From: Candidatus Doudnabacteria bacterium
GTDB lineage: Bacteria; Patescibacteriota; Doudnabacteria; UBA920; 2-01-FULL-46-14
Direction of reading: 5' to 3'
Length of the DNA stretch: 46,454 nucleotides
Assembly: GCA_023246055.1 (NCBI GenBank)
Contig: JAHFJD010000002.1
Coordinates: forward strand, 1-46,454
The notes below the pieces were generated by a model. The model saw only the letters and a list, made by a program, of their open reading frames with translations. It was not told where the DNA came from and did not search any database. This document shows positions 28,401 through 37,223 of the stretch, in pieces. Position 1 is the first letter of the stretch; each line of letters starts with the position of its first letter. A program made the translations under genes and the position numbers.

Positions 28401-28882
28401 TGCGGACACCAATTGATGAGGCCCGTGGCTTCGTACGCAAGTCCGGCTTTGAAAAACTGCAAAAAAATCCACTGCGTCCATTTGTAATATTCAGGATCTG
28501 TGGTATTGATCTCACGCGACCAGTCAAAGCTCATGCCCCAGCTTTGCACTTGTCGCTTGGCATTTTTGATATTCTGCTTCGTGGAAATACTCGGATGCAC
28601 GCCCTTCTTTATGGCAAAATTTTCCGCCGGTAATCCAAACGCATCCCAACCTATTGGAAACATTGTCTCAAAGCCTTTCATGCGCTGGAAACGGGAATAC
28701 ACATCCCCTGCCACGTACGGCCGCAGATGTCCCATATGAAGCCCTTCGCCAGACGGATATGGAAACTCAATCAGAACATATTTTTTGTTATTCTTGGTTT
28801 TATCTTTGGCAATATAAACTTTTTTCTGCTGCCAGAATTTCTGCCATTTCGATTCTATTTTCTTTGGGTCATATTTACTCAT
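25481..28882 (-). CDS. leuS: Leucine--tRNA ligase with two inserted domains
   Basis: HMGH, KMSKS, TTRPDT, GTGAIMAVPAHD, SRQRYWGEP. Confidence 0.98.
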   Translation of the reverse strand: MSKYDPKKIESKWQKFWQQKKVYIAKDKTKNNKKYVLIEFPYPSGEGLHMGHLRPYVAGDVYSRFQRMKGFETMFPIGWDAFGLPAENFAIKKGVHPSISTKQNIKNAKRQVQSWGMSFDWSREINTTDPEYYKWTQWIFLQFFKAGLAYEATGLINWCPQDKTGLANEEVIDGKCERCGTPVEKKELRQWYLQITAYAEKLLEGLKKLPEWPSQVKLQQENWIGKSEGAEIEFLLSVIPAQAGIQDSDSGSRVKPGMTNPNFLILHGRNGSPSSHLFPWLKFELEKLRHRVQMPSLPNSSEPNDEEQAQFVINNCNINENTVIVGHSFGGVVALRLLERGMKAKGVVLLCTPFSGKFLDEKVRASVTTACKKGFDFEKIKRNAQRFTLLYDSRDYVVPMSDGEAFARKLGVNLNRVNGSEPHMSGKEEPAVLETLLRATSLPTSPQAWGEGQAIKVFTTRPDTIFGATYVVLAPEHPLLQNFKSQITNIKEIEKYVEEAKRKTDIQRSALEKEKTGVELKGVKAINPATREKIPIWVADYVLMGYGTGAIMAVPAHDERDFEFAIKYGLLIRPVIAPRNIWKAIVVTVTLEGSDEFKKQLQNKGINFTLAASPTNGREHIRVELKKDQINEFVNLVQKHIKDNAWVEIIGNENILVMKNKVHKNFLERAEEWFKKFTEWEPLIRSKKSVWDMLAHNPHYKGLICYSGDGALINSSKFNGMDSEKAKWEIIELVNGIKKIQYKLRDWVFSRQRYWGEPIPIIHCPSCGTVPVPEKDLPVKLPNVKKYEPTGTGESPLAAIDKWVSVKCPNCGGQAKRETNTMPQWAGSSWYYLRYTDPDNKIKLADGKLLKHWLPVDIYFGGMEHTTLHLLYSRFWNLFLYDQGIVPVAEPYTKRVPHGIILAEDGEKMSKSRGNVVNPDEIVKLYGADTLRMYELFLGPHDQTVSWNSRGIIGVRRLLEKVYRISNFKFQISKEIPNSKLQTILHKTIKKVTEDIENYRFNTAVSALMILANELDNSPAGNVEAEILLKLLAPFAPHVAEELWSELGHKTSVHLEPWPEYDPAFMKDEFVKIAVQVNGRVRGTVQLDINATEADARKTSEGDPVIAKHLAGKKIGKFIYVPGRIINFVINAD
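27527..27565. repeat. In-frame palindromic element in leuS (TSLPTSPQAWGEG)
   Basis: cccctctccccaggcctggggagaggttgggagagaggt. Confidence 0.85.
28106..28172. repeat. In-frame 67-bp palindromic element in leuS (VIPAQAGIQ...KPGMT)
   Basis: TGTCATCCCGGGCTTGACCCGGGATCCAG...CTGGATTCCCGCCTGCGCGGGAATGACA. Confidence 0.9.
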
Positions 28883-28935
28883 CGACTTGATTATTTTAGC
28901 AAACAACGTAAAATATTGGAATCAGAGGAGGAACC

Positions 28936-29211
28936 ATGCATGAACTTACTCCGATACAGTCGAAGCTCATAGAATTGATTGACCAGAGAGTAGAGAGATG
29001 CTTGAACACAGATCGTGGAATTTTGAGTCTTCACGAACGCCTCAACAAGACAGGCTTGAGTATCGCGACTGTGCATACGAGATATATCGTTCAGGATTTG
29101 CTGCCTGCAGCACGTGAAAGGTGTTTCTTGGTTGATCCTAAGGGAATGATTGAAAAAGTAAATCCCGATGAAGCTGAAGCGCGACAGCTGTTCAACATCA
29201 CCCTGAAATAA
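28936..29211 (+). CDS. Hypothetical protein
   Basis: 91-aa ORF; GAGGAGG SD; hairpin-U terminator at 29230-29258. Confidence 0.7.
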   Translation: MHELTPIQSKLIELIDQRVERCLNTDRGILSLHERLNKTGLSIATVHTRYIVQDLLPAARERCFLVDPKGMIEKVNPDEAEARQLFNITLK

Positions 29212-29257
29212 CCAGGCTGAACGCGCTACGCCAGCTCCTCCCGAAGCTGGCCTTTTT

Positions 29258-30145
29258 TTAAATTCGAAAAAGCTTGCGGGCGTTGGCAGTGGTGACTTCT
29301 TCTACCTCCGACAAAGCGACACCCTTCATTTCTGCCAATTTTTCTGCCACAAATTTCACGAATACTGGTTCATTGCGCTTGCCGCGGTGCGGCAGGGGCG
29401 CGAGATACGGAGCGTCAGTCTCAAGAATAGTAGATTCGAGCGGCACACTTTTTACAACCTCGTCGCTTCTCCCAGTCTTGTCAAAAGTAATGATCCCATT
29501 GAGAGCAATGTATCCGCCTCGTTTGACAAACTCTTGTGCGATTGCGGTATTGCCAGTGAAGCAGTGGATTTCAAAACCATCACCTCCCACCCCCGCTTTT
29601 TCTCCCCCTCGGGCAGGGGGAGAAACTAAATAGTTATCGTCAAGAATTCGTAGGACATCCTCATACGCGTCCATTGTTCCTTCGCTCGGACGGCAGTGGA
29701 TCATGAGCGGCTTGCCAACCTGCTTCGCAAGTTCTATGTGCGCTATCATCACTCGCTTTTGATGCTCTTTGATTGCGGTCTCGTCCGCTCCTGCAGGAAG
29801 GCGAAAATAGTCCAAACCAAACTCGCCTATGGACACTACTTTGGTGGATTTCGCTACAAGATCAGCATATGCACCAGGGTCAAATTCTTCCTCACTGCTA
29901 TTGAACGACGCTCCCTCTTCCTGTAGATCGACATGGTGTTCAAATAAATGGATCGGGTGCAGAGCGACGGCTGCATACACACCATCAGAATAATTTTCCG
30001 CGAGCTCTACTGCCGCCCGCGAAGTTTCAAATTTTGTTCCTGCATTAATCATCCACACACCGCTCTCTAGTGCGCGTTTTATAACATCGTCAGCATCCTT
30101 GGAGAACGCCTGGAAATTGACGTGAGTATGGGTGTCAACGAGCAT
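29258..30145 (-). CDS. tatD: TatD family hydrolase
   Basis: DTHTH, GEFGLDY, IHCR, HCFTG, ETDAPYLAP. Confidence 0.97.
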   Translation of the reverse strand: MLVDTHTHVNFQAFSKDADDVIKRALESGVWMINAGTKFETSRAAVELAENYSDGVYAAVALHPIHLFEHHVDLQEEGASFNSSEEEFDPGAYADLVAKSTKVVSIGEFGLDYFRLPAGADETAIKEHQKRVMIAHIELAKQVGKPLMIHCRPSEGTMDAYEDVLRILDDNYLVSPPARGGEKAGVGGDGFEIHCFTGNTAIAQEFVKRGGYIALNGIITFDKTGRSDEVVKSVPLESTILETDAPYLAPLPHRGKRNEPVFVKFVAEKLAEMKGVALSEVEEVTTANARKLFRI

Positions 30146-31572
30146 TATTTCAATCTTGGGAAAAGGGGCTCGGCCTTCACGATACGCTCGGCAGACAGCG
30201 CAGATCTGATAGTCTCCGCGGTTTCAGGCATAAACGGCGCAAGCTTCTTGGCTATTTCGTAAAGCAGAGCCGCGAGGTTATCAATCACTTCGGTGAACAA
30301 TTTGACATCGGTCTTGGCAGTCTCCCAGGGTTTAGTGTCGTCAATATATTTATTGGCCCAGGCAATTTCTTCCCATATCCGCGCCAACGCCTCATGAAAA
30401 CGAAGATTCTGAATCATCACATTGACCTCATCAAACTCCCGCGGCGAAGCTTTTTTTTCCCCTATCTCCCCATCAAGGTTTTGAGCGATAAGCGTGGTCA
30501 GCCTAGAAAACAGATTCCCCAGCCCGTTGGCGAGATCACCCTCGTAACGAGCCTCCAATTTTTTCACGGAAAAATCCCCGTCCTGACCAAATGGAATCTC
30601 CCGAAGCAGGAAATATCGCACCGCGTCTGTGCCATATTTTTCCGCAAGCTCCACCGGATCAATCGCATTGCCTAGGGATTTGCTGATCTTTTGCCCATCA
30701 ATCGTAAAAAAACCGTGCGCGAAAACTTTTTTGGGCCAGGGCAGACCGGCAGCTTCCAAAAGCGCCGGCCAGATCACGCAGTGAAATTTGATGATATCCT
30801 TGCCGACGATATGCAAATCAGCCGGCCAATATTGTTTATACTTCTCTCCGTCGGGATATCCGAGCGCGGAACAATAATTGAAAAGTTCATCGAGCCAAAC
30901 GTAGATAGTTTGCTTTTTGTCCCACGGCAAAGGAATCGCCCATTTCACATGCTGGCGGGAAATCGTTATATCCTCAAGACCCTGATTTAGGAAACTTAAA
31001 ATCTCGTTGCGCCTAGTTTCCGGTTCGATAACAAATTCGTTGCTCGAAATTTTTTGCTTCAGCAAATCTGCGTAATCAGAGAGTTTAAAAAACCAGTTCT
31101 GCTCTTTGACTAGCTCCGGCCGGGTAGCGTGGTCGGGGCATTTGCCCTCTGCGTTTAGGTCCTCGGGTTTCAAAAATGCCTCGTGTCCCACGCAATACAG
31201 GCCCTCATACTGACCTTCGTAAATTTTTCCCGAAGTTTTAAGTTTTTCAAAAAAACTTATGACCGCTGCTTCGTGACGCGACTCTGTGGTCCTTATAAAA
31301 TCATCGGGGGCAACACCGAGAATGCCCCAGGTCAAAGAAAATTTGGCAGAGTTCTCCCGCACAAACTCCTCAACATTTTGCTCGGCCTTTTCAGCGCTCT
31401 GCAATATTTTTGTTCCATGTTCAGCGGTCCCAGTCAAAAAAAAAGTCGGTGTCCCGGAATAGCGATAAAACCGCGCCAAAACGTCCGCAGCGACTGTCGG
31501 ATATGCTGACCCAACATGCGGCTTATCGTTCACATAATAGATAGGTGTGGTGATATAAAATTTATCGGTCAT
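30145..31572 (-). CDS. metG: Methionine--tRNA ligase (short form)
   Basis: TTPIYYVN..HVGS, KISKSLGN. Confidence 0.98.
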   Translation of the reverse strand: MTDKFYITTPIYYVNDKPHVGSAYPTVAADVLARFYRYSGTPTFFLTGTAEHGTKILQSAEKAEQNVEEFVRENSAKFSLTWGILGVAPDDFIRTTESRHEAAVISFFEKLKTSGKIYEGQYEGLYCVGHEAFLKPEDLNAEGKCPDHATRPELVKEQNWFFKLSDYADLLKQKISSNEFVIEPETRRNEILSFLNQGLEDITISRQHVKWAIPLPWDKKQTIYVWLDELFNYCSALGYPDGEKYKQYWPADLHIVGKDIIKFHCVIWPALLEAAGLPWPKKVFAHGFFTIDGQKISKSLGNAIDPVELAEKYGTDAVRYFLLREIPFGQDGDFSVKKLEARYEGDLANGLGNLFSRLTTLIAQNLDGEIGEKKASPREFDEVNVMIQNLRFHEALARIWEEIAWANKYIDDTKPWETAKTDVKLFTEVIDNLAALLYEIAKKLAPFMPETAETIRSALSAERIVKAEPLFPRLK

Positions 31573-32591
31573 ACTTCACGCTGTTCTCGAAAATCCAGCA
31601 GAAACGCTGTGGTTGCCGCCACGATCGGCACAGCGACAATCATGCCAATTAGTCCCGCTATCTGAAACCCGACCAAAATCGCCAATAAAATTACGAGCGG
31701 GTTAGCCCCCACTGTACGTCCCATAACTTTAGGAACAATAATATAATTTTCCAACTGCTGAACCACGACATAAAGGATTATCACGAACATTGCCAAAGTT
31801 GGTGATTCCGAGAAGGCCACAAACACTGCGGGGATCGCTGAAATAAACGGCCCGAGGTAAGGAATGAGTTCCAAAAAACCAGCCAAGAGCGCGAGCGCCA
31901 GTGCGTATTTTACGCCTAATAAATACAGTCCCGCAAAAGTCATAGCAAAGATCATCACGGACAATACCAATTGACCGAGTAGCCAATAACCAAGGCTCTT
32001 CTGAATCTTGTCGGTAAGATTCATGGCGTATGCGCGGTGTTTGTAGGGAACTAACGAGCGGATAAAATTTTTCATGCCGTTTTCGGAGGAGATGAGATAA
32101 AAAGTAAACACCAGCACACCCACCGTCTGCACGAGGCTGTTAACGACGCCGAGAGTTTTTTGAAACACATCTGCCGTGAAACCGGAAATACTCTGTCCGA
32201 GAGCTGAGAGACCGCGCGAAAATCCGAGCCCATTTAACACGGCTGTGAGGTAACCTGTTCTAGTATTAATTTTATCCCGCAGATCCTCAACCTGTCCGGA
32301 AATCTGTTTGAATTCTTCCACCATCGGTGGAATCAGAAAATATATCACCAGGCCCAAGAGCCCCAAAAACACGACATACACTAGGATGACTGACAACCCA
32401 CGCGGGAATTTCGCTTTCCCATAAAGCCATTCCACAAGCGGATCCATGGCAGAAGCCAAAATCATTGACACCAAGAGCATGAGCAAGATTTGGCGATTGA
32501 TGTACAGCAAAATCAAAACCAGGCCCACCACTACGATTTTCAAGAGGGTCATGATCGAAATATCGATTCGGAAATTTTGCGGTTCAGCCAT
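31569..32591 (-). CDS. AI-2E family transporter
   Basis: ELIPYLGP, QQLENYIIVPKVMG. Confidence 0.95.
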   Translation of the reverse strand: MAEPQNFRIDISIMTLLKIVVVGLVLILLYINRQILLMLLVSMILASAMDPLVEWLYGKAKFPRGLSVILVYVVFLGLLGLVIYFLIPPMVEEFKQISGQVEDLRDKINTRTGYLTAVLNGLGFSRGLSALGQSISGFTADVFQKTLGVVNSLVQTVGVLVFTFYLISSENGMKNFIRSLVPYKHRAYAMNLTDKIQKSLGYWLLGQLVLSVMIFAMTFAGLYLLGVKYALALALLAGFLELIPYLGPFISAIPAVFVAFSESPTLAMFVIILYVVVQQLENYIIVPKVMGRTVGANPLVILLAILVGFQIAGLIGMIVAVPIVAATTAFLLDFREQREV

Positions 32592-32638
32592 GCTTGTAGA
32601 ATATCAAAAAATGCTGGAATTCGCCAATCTTAAACGTT

Positions 32639-33901
32639 TTAAACACGTAGCAATTCTCTAATCTCTTTTTCCCGGCCAGCGCCGACAATAGCCAAGTTGA
32701 GCTTGTGATTTCGGAAAATTTCGCGAGCGATTTTTTGCACAGTGCGAGCGGTGACACGATCGACAGCGGCAAAGGCCTCGTCTGGCTCAAGTACACGGTG
32801 GCGGAAAGCCAGCTGGTCGAGATACCAGCCCAAGAGACTCTCGCTCTCCTCCAGAGACAATGTGAGTGTGCCTTTGATATACTCTTTGGCTTTTTTTAGC
32901 TCCCGCTCCGGGACCGGGACATCTTTGATTTTCTGCAGTTCTGCGAGAATCACTCTTATCGATTCGTTTAGGGATCCTTGCCTCACGCCGGCCTGGATCA
33001 CGAACAATCCCGTGTCCTGATAATTTGAACCAGCGGCTTTTACGTAATATGCGAGTCCCCGTTTTTCGCGAATCTCGTCAAACAAACGCGAGCTCATACC
33101 CCCGCCGAGAATCGTCGCGAGGACCAGCTGCGCTATGTAACTCGGGTGGTTATACTCATAAGAGCGAAATCCAACGGCCAAATGCAGTTGCTCAGTTTTT
33201 TTCTGTTCGAGCCGCAGGTTAGGCAAACTTTGTTTCTCCAGCGCCTTCTGCCAGTGCGGGACCCGATGATTTTTAACACCGCTCCATTGCTGGTGAATCA
33301 TTTTGTCGAGCTCCCGCTCGTCGTAAGCTCCGGAGATTGCCAAAATCATATTCTGCGGTTGATAAAAAGTATTTACGTAATCAAGAATATCTTTGCGACT
33401 GATCTTTCTGATCACTTGTTTGGTGCCAGCGATGTTCCGCCCCAAAGGCTGGTTCGGCCACATTGTTTCCTCAAGCACATCTTCAACGTGGCGCATTGGG
33501 GTGTCCTCATACATGTTGATTTCCTCAATGATCACGCCTTTTTCCCGCTCGATTTCCGCTTCTGCAAACACTGGGCGCTGCAACATATCGGTGAGCACGT
33601 CAAAAATAAACGGTAAATGCTTTTTGGCGGCTTTGATGTAATACTGGGTATGTTCCTTGCCTGTATTGGCATTGTATTCCGCGCCAATGGCATCGAGCGC
33701 ATGTGAAAGTTCCTGGGCTGTCGGATATTTACTCGAACCTTTAAAAAACAGGTGCTCGAGGAAATGCGAAATGCCGTTTATACGCGCTAACTCATGGCGC
33801 GAGCCAACCTTCACAAACATATCCACGAGCACAGATTTGGCTCCGCGAATCGGAACTTTGAGTACAGTCAGACCGTTTTTTAAGATGTGCTTTTTATACA
33901 T
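32639..33901 (-). CDS. M16 family zinc peptidase
   Basis: HFLEH, EKGVIIEE, LGGGMSSRLF. Confidence 0.96.
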   Translation of the reverse strand: MYKKHILKNGLTVLKVPIRGAKSVLVDMFVKVGSRHELARINGISHFLEHLFFKGSSKYPTAQELSHALDAIGAEYNANTGKEHTQYYIKAAKKHLPFIFDVLTDMLQRPVFAEAEIEREKGVIIEEINMYEDTPMRHVEDVLEETMWPNQPLGRNIAGTKQVIRKISRKDILDYVNTFYQPQNMILAISGAYDERELDKMIHQQWSGVKNHRVPHWQKALEKQSLPNLRLEQKKTEQLHLAVGFRSYEYNHPSYIAQLVLATILGGGMSSRLFDEIREKRGLAYYVKAAGSNYQDTGLFVIQAGVRQGSLNESIRVILAELQKIKDVPVPERELKKAKEYIKGTLTLSLEESESLLGWYLDQLAFRHRVLEPDEAFAAVDRVTARTVQKIAREIFRNHKLNLAIVGAGREKEIRELLRV

Positions 33902-33909
33902 GGGGGTAA

Positions 33910-34009
33910 AATTCAAATGACAAATTCCAAATTTCAAATCAATGCTTTAATAACCAAATGAATAAATTAGGGTTTGATTTGACATTTGAGCTTTGAAATT
34001 TGTCATTTA
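33910..34009. repeat. Inverted heptamer cluster (CAAATGA/TTTGA)
   Basis: aaatgacaaattccaaatttcaaatc ... gatttgacatttgagctttgaaatttgtcattt. Confidence 0.75.
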
Positions 34010-35091
34010 ATAATCATACTTTTAAAATCTTTAGGGGGCTTTGGCAAGACCTCGTTGCCGAGATTCTTGACTAGCACCATATCTTCTATCCTCACCCCGC
34101 CCCAATTCTCAATATATATCCCAGGTTCGACAGTGACAACCATGTTCGGACGCAGAATATCCTCGGATGTGGCCGAAAAATTCGGCAATTCATGGATTTC
34201 CAATCCAACACCATGCCCGGTATTGTGGGTAAAATATTTGCCAAAGCCCGCCCGTTTGATGTGTCCGCGGGCTGCCTCGTCTATGAGCACCGCAGGATTG
34301 CCCGCAGTCGCTTTTTCAATTCCGCGCTGCTGCGCCTCCAAAACTGTATTATACACTGTTTCCTGCCTCCTCGTGGGGGTGCCGATGAAAAACGTGCGGG
34401 TAAAATCCGAATGATAGCCATCGACCAGGACGCCAAAGTCGAGGAGTAAAAAATTGCCGCGCTTGATTTTCTGCATGCTGGAAAGATGATGGGGAGCGGC
34501 TGCATTTGGTCCGAAGGCCACGATAGACTCAAAAGCCATGCCGCCCGCGCCAAACCGCACAGCCCAATCTCGCATCTTTTGCGATAGCGCGAGTTCAGTC
34601 ATCCCCGGAAGCGACATTTTCTTTACGGTCACAAAAATCTTATCGAGAATGGCCTGCGCTTTTCTAATGTATTTGATTTCCTGCGGGGTCTTTACCGCCC
34701 GTAGATTTTCAATGACATTGCTTGTCACTTCCCATTTCACACTTTTGAAGTCTTTTTTGAGGCGGCTGAATTCTTTGAGGCTAATCTTGTCTTCAATACC
34801 GATTCGACCTCTCCCCCAACCCCTCCCCAGGCCTGGGGAGGGTGGTCGGAGACCAGGAGAGGTCGAAAGCTTTTTAATTGATTTCACAAGGAGCGGCGAT
34901 TGTCTCTTTGCTCTGATTGTATACCGATCATCAACGTACAATTCCGCCCCGCGCTTGGTCACCAGTACTGCCCCCATTGACCCGGTAAACCCAGACACAT
35001 ACTGCCGATTTAATTTCGTCAGCACTAAAAAAGCATCCAGTGAATGCTCATCCAAATATCCTTGAATATTTTTAATTGAGTTTGGCTGCAA
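34003..35091 (-). CDS. Xaa-Pro aminopeptidase (M24)
   Basis: DFG, SDFTRT, HNTGHGVGLEIHE, EPGIY, RIED. Confidence 0.96.
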   Translation of the reverse strand: MQPNSIKNIQGYLDEHSLDAFLVLTKLNRQYVSGFTGSMGAVLVTKRGAELYVDDRYTIRAKRQSPLLVKSIKKLSTSPGLRPPSPGLGRGWGRGRIGIEDKISLKEFSRLKKDFKSVKWEVTSNVIENLRAVKTPQEIKYIRKAQAILDKIFVTVKKMSLPGMTELALSQKMRDWAVRFGAGGMAFESIVAFGPNAAAPHHLSSMQKIKRGNFLLLDFGVLVDGYHSDFTRTFFIGTPTRRQETVYNTVLEAQQRGIEKATAGNPAVLIDEAARGHIKRAGFGKYFTHNTGHGVGLEIHELPNFSATSEDILRPNMVVTVEPGIYIENWGGVRIEDMVLVKNLGNEVLPKPPKDFKSMIIK

Positions 35092-36406
35092 AATAAGTTT
35101 TTAATTCTTCAATTTCTATTCGCTCCTGTTCCATAGTATCTCTGTCCCTCACCGTGACCTTCTTGTCCTCGAGCGAATCAAAATCCACGGTCACGCAGAA
35201 CGGCGTGCCGATTTCGTCTTGGCGCCGGTAGCGTTTGCCAATTGAAGCTGTTTCGTCGTAATCAACCATCCAGTATTTTGAAAGTGTTTTGCGAATATCA
35301 TCCGCAGCATTTATCAAGTTTTCTTTCCTGGAAAGCGGCAGGATGGCAATTTTAATCGGAGCGATTTCTTTGGGCAAGCGCAAAACAATCTCTTCTTCTT
35401 TTACGCTATCCGTGGTTTTAGTGCGGCCACCCTTGACCTCTTCATAGCACGAAAGCAGTACAGCTAGCACTGTCCGCTCAACACCCAGAGCCGGCTCGAT
35501 CACGTGCGGCGTGAATTTCTCGCCACTAACTGGATCGCGGTATTCAATTCCATGAGCTTTCAAATCATAATCTGTGCGGTAAGCTAGGCCATAGAGTTCC
35601 TTTTGCCCGAACGGGTATTTGAATTCAATATCAGTGGTGCGTTTGCTGTAATGCGCTCGCTCGCCATCGGGTACGTCAACATATTCAACTAATTTTTCAT
35701 CAATGCCGACAGCCTTGATCCAACGTTTCATTTCCTCAAGCCACATTTCGAAATACTTTTCCCAATCTTTTTCCTGAACAAAGTATTCTATTTCCATCAG
35801 CTCAAATTCCCGTTTGCGAAAAATGAAATTTCCCGGAGTTATCTCATTTCGAAAAGCTTTGCCCATCTGCGCCACGCCAAACGGAATCTTCTTGCGTGAC
35901 GTGTCGACTATCGTGGAAAAATCAACAAACATCGCTTGCGCTGTCTCTGGACGCAAATAAACCGTGTGCTCCGGCGCTTCAACTGGGCCAAGATTAGTGC
36001 GAAACATGGTGTTGAACTGCTTTACCTCGGTAAAATTTTTTCCAGCACAGTTAGGACACCCCTCATCGGACTTGAATCCTGAAGCTTTTGCACGAGGATT
36101 AAACTGCATTATCGGGCGAAAACGAGTGTGGCATTTTTTGCACTCCACCATCGGGTCATTGAAATTCTGCACATGCCCCGACGATTCCCAGACCTTCGAG
36201 CTCATAATCAAATCAGCATCCAGTCCGACGATATCCGGCCGCTCCTGCACAAACATCTTCCACCACAGCCGCTTCACATTGTTCTTTATTTCCGCGCCGA
36301 GCGGACCAAAGTCATAGGAGTTGGCCAGCCCACCGTAAATCTCCGAACCAGGGAAGATGATGCCTCGGCGTTTGCAGAGGTTGACGATTTTTTCAAGTGT
36401 TACCAT
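35072..36406 (-). CDS. glyQS: Glycine--tRNA ligase, alpha2 type
   Basis: YLRPETAQ, FRNEITP, IEPALG, IGKRYRRQDEIGTP. Confidence 0.97.
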   Translation of the reverse strand: MVTLEKIVNLCKRRGIIFPGSEIYGGLANSYDFGPLGAEIKNNVKRLWWKMFVQERPDIVGLDADLIMSSKVWESSGHVQNFNDPMVECKKCHTRFRPIMQFNPRAKASGFKSDEGCPNCAGKNFTEVKQFNTMFRTNLGPVEAPEHTVYLRPETAQAMFVDFSTIVDTSRKKIPFGVAQMGKAFRNEITPGNFIFRKREFELMEIEYFVQEKDWEKYFEMWLEEMKRWIKAVGIDEKLVEYVDVPDGERAHYSKRTTDIEFKYPFGQKELYGLAYRTDYDLKAHGIEYRDPVSGEKFTPHVIEPALGVERTVLAVLLSCYEEVKGGRTKTTDSVKEEEIVLRLPKEIAPIKIAILPLSRKENLINAADDIRKTLSKYWMVDYDETASIGKRYRRQDEIGTPFCVTVDFDSLEDKKVTVRDRDTMEQERIEIEELKTYFAAKLN

Positions 36407-36590
36407 AAACTAAATAATACCATAAATTGGACAAAATGATGAAGCCCTAGAAAATGGTGAAACTTTCCAGGGCTTCATATTTCCAAAAATCAACGTCTCC
36501 AAGAACAATGAGGCCAATTGTCGGAGGAACCAAGTGCTGCGGCGCAGAACGTTTGCTGACGGTAGCAGCACGAAAGTAGGCATCCCATTT

Positions 36591-36619
36591 TTGACGCTTC
36601 TGTCAAGAATCGCTACAAT
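36591..36619 (+). promoter_or_regulatory. Promoter with overlapping palindrome for the MNT-HEPN operon
   Basis: TTGACG-N17-TACAAT-N6-ATG; TTGAC-N6-GTCAA at 36591-36606. Confidence 0.7.
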
Positions 36620-36625
36620 TAACGT

Positions 36626-36916
36626 ATGAATATTGATGAACTCAAAAACTTACTCACTCCGGTACTGCGGAATAGCTCTGTGGAATATGCAGGGGTGTTT
36701 GGCAGTGTTGCTAGAGGTGAAGCCAGACCAGACAGCGATGTTGACATCCTCGTGAAATTTTCCGGTCAGCCCACGTTTAGCGGTTTTCTTCAGCTGGAAG
36801 ATGATCTGCAAAAAACTCTCGGGCGAGAAGTTGACCTGGTTACCGAAGGGGGGGTGAATAAATTTTTGCGGCCGCAAATCGAGCAAGATCTAAAAATCAT
36901 ATATGGACAAAGATAA
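36626..36916 (+). CDS. Minimal nucleotidyltransferase antitoxin (MntA-like)
   Basis: FGSVARGE...SDVDILV. Confidence 0.94.
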   Translation: MNIDELKNLLTPVLRNSSVEYAGVFGSVARGEARPDSDVDILVKFSGQPTFSGFLQLEDDLQKTLGREVDLVTEGGVNKFLRPQIEQDLKIIYGQR

Positions 36917-37220
36917 AATTTATCTCCAGGAAATTCAAGAGTTTTGCTCGAAAATTATCTCATTCACCAAAGACGTCAGCTATAATGAATTTATTGCCGA
37001 TGAGAAACTGCAGCTGTCAGTTATAAAGCTCATCGAAAATGTTGGCGAGGCTTCGAAGCGACTGTCTGAAAATGCTCGGGAAAGTCACCATAATGTAGAT
37101 TGGAAAAAAGCTATGGCCATGCGAGACCGCCTAGTGCACGATTATATGGATACTGATCTGGCGATTGTTTTTGACGTAGCAAAAAACGAAATACCCGCTC
37201 TCTTGAAGACTTTGGGCTAA
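36903..37220 (+). CDS. HepT-like/DUF86 HEPN RNase toxin
   Basis: RDRLVHDY (RX4H), GEASK; overlaps the MNT gene. Confidence 0.94.
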   Translation: MDKDKIYLQEIQEFCSKIISFTKDVSYNEFIADEKLQLSVIKLIENVGEASKRLSENARESHHNVDWKKAMAMRDRLVHDYMDTDLAIVFDVAKNEIPALLKTLG

Positions 37221-37223
37221 CGA

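Noticed and set aside
36440..36590. T-box leader for glyQS
   Set aside because: Hairpins are present but there is no T-box consensus or specifier loop.
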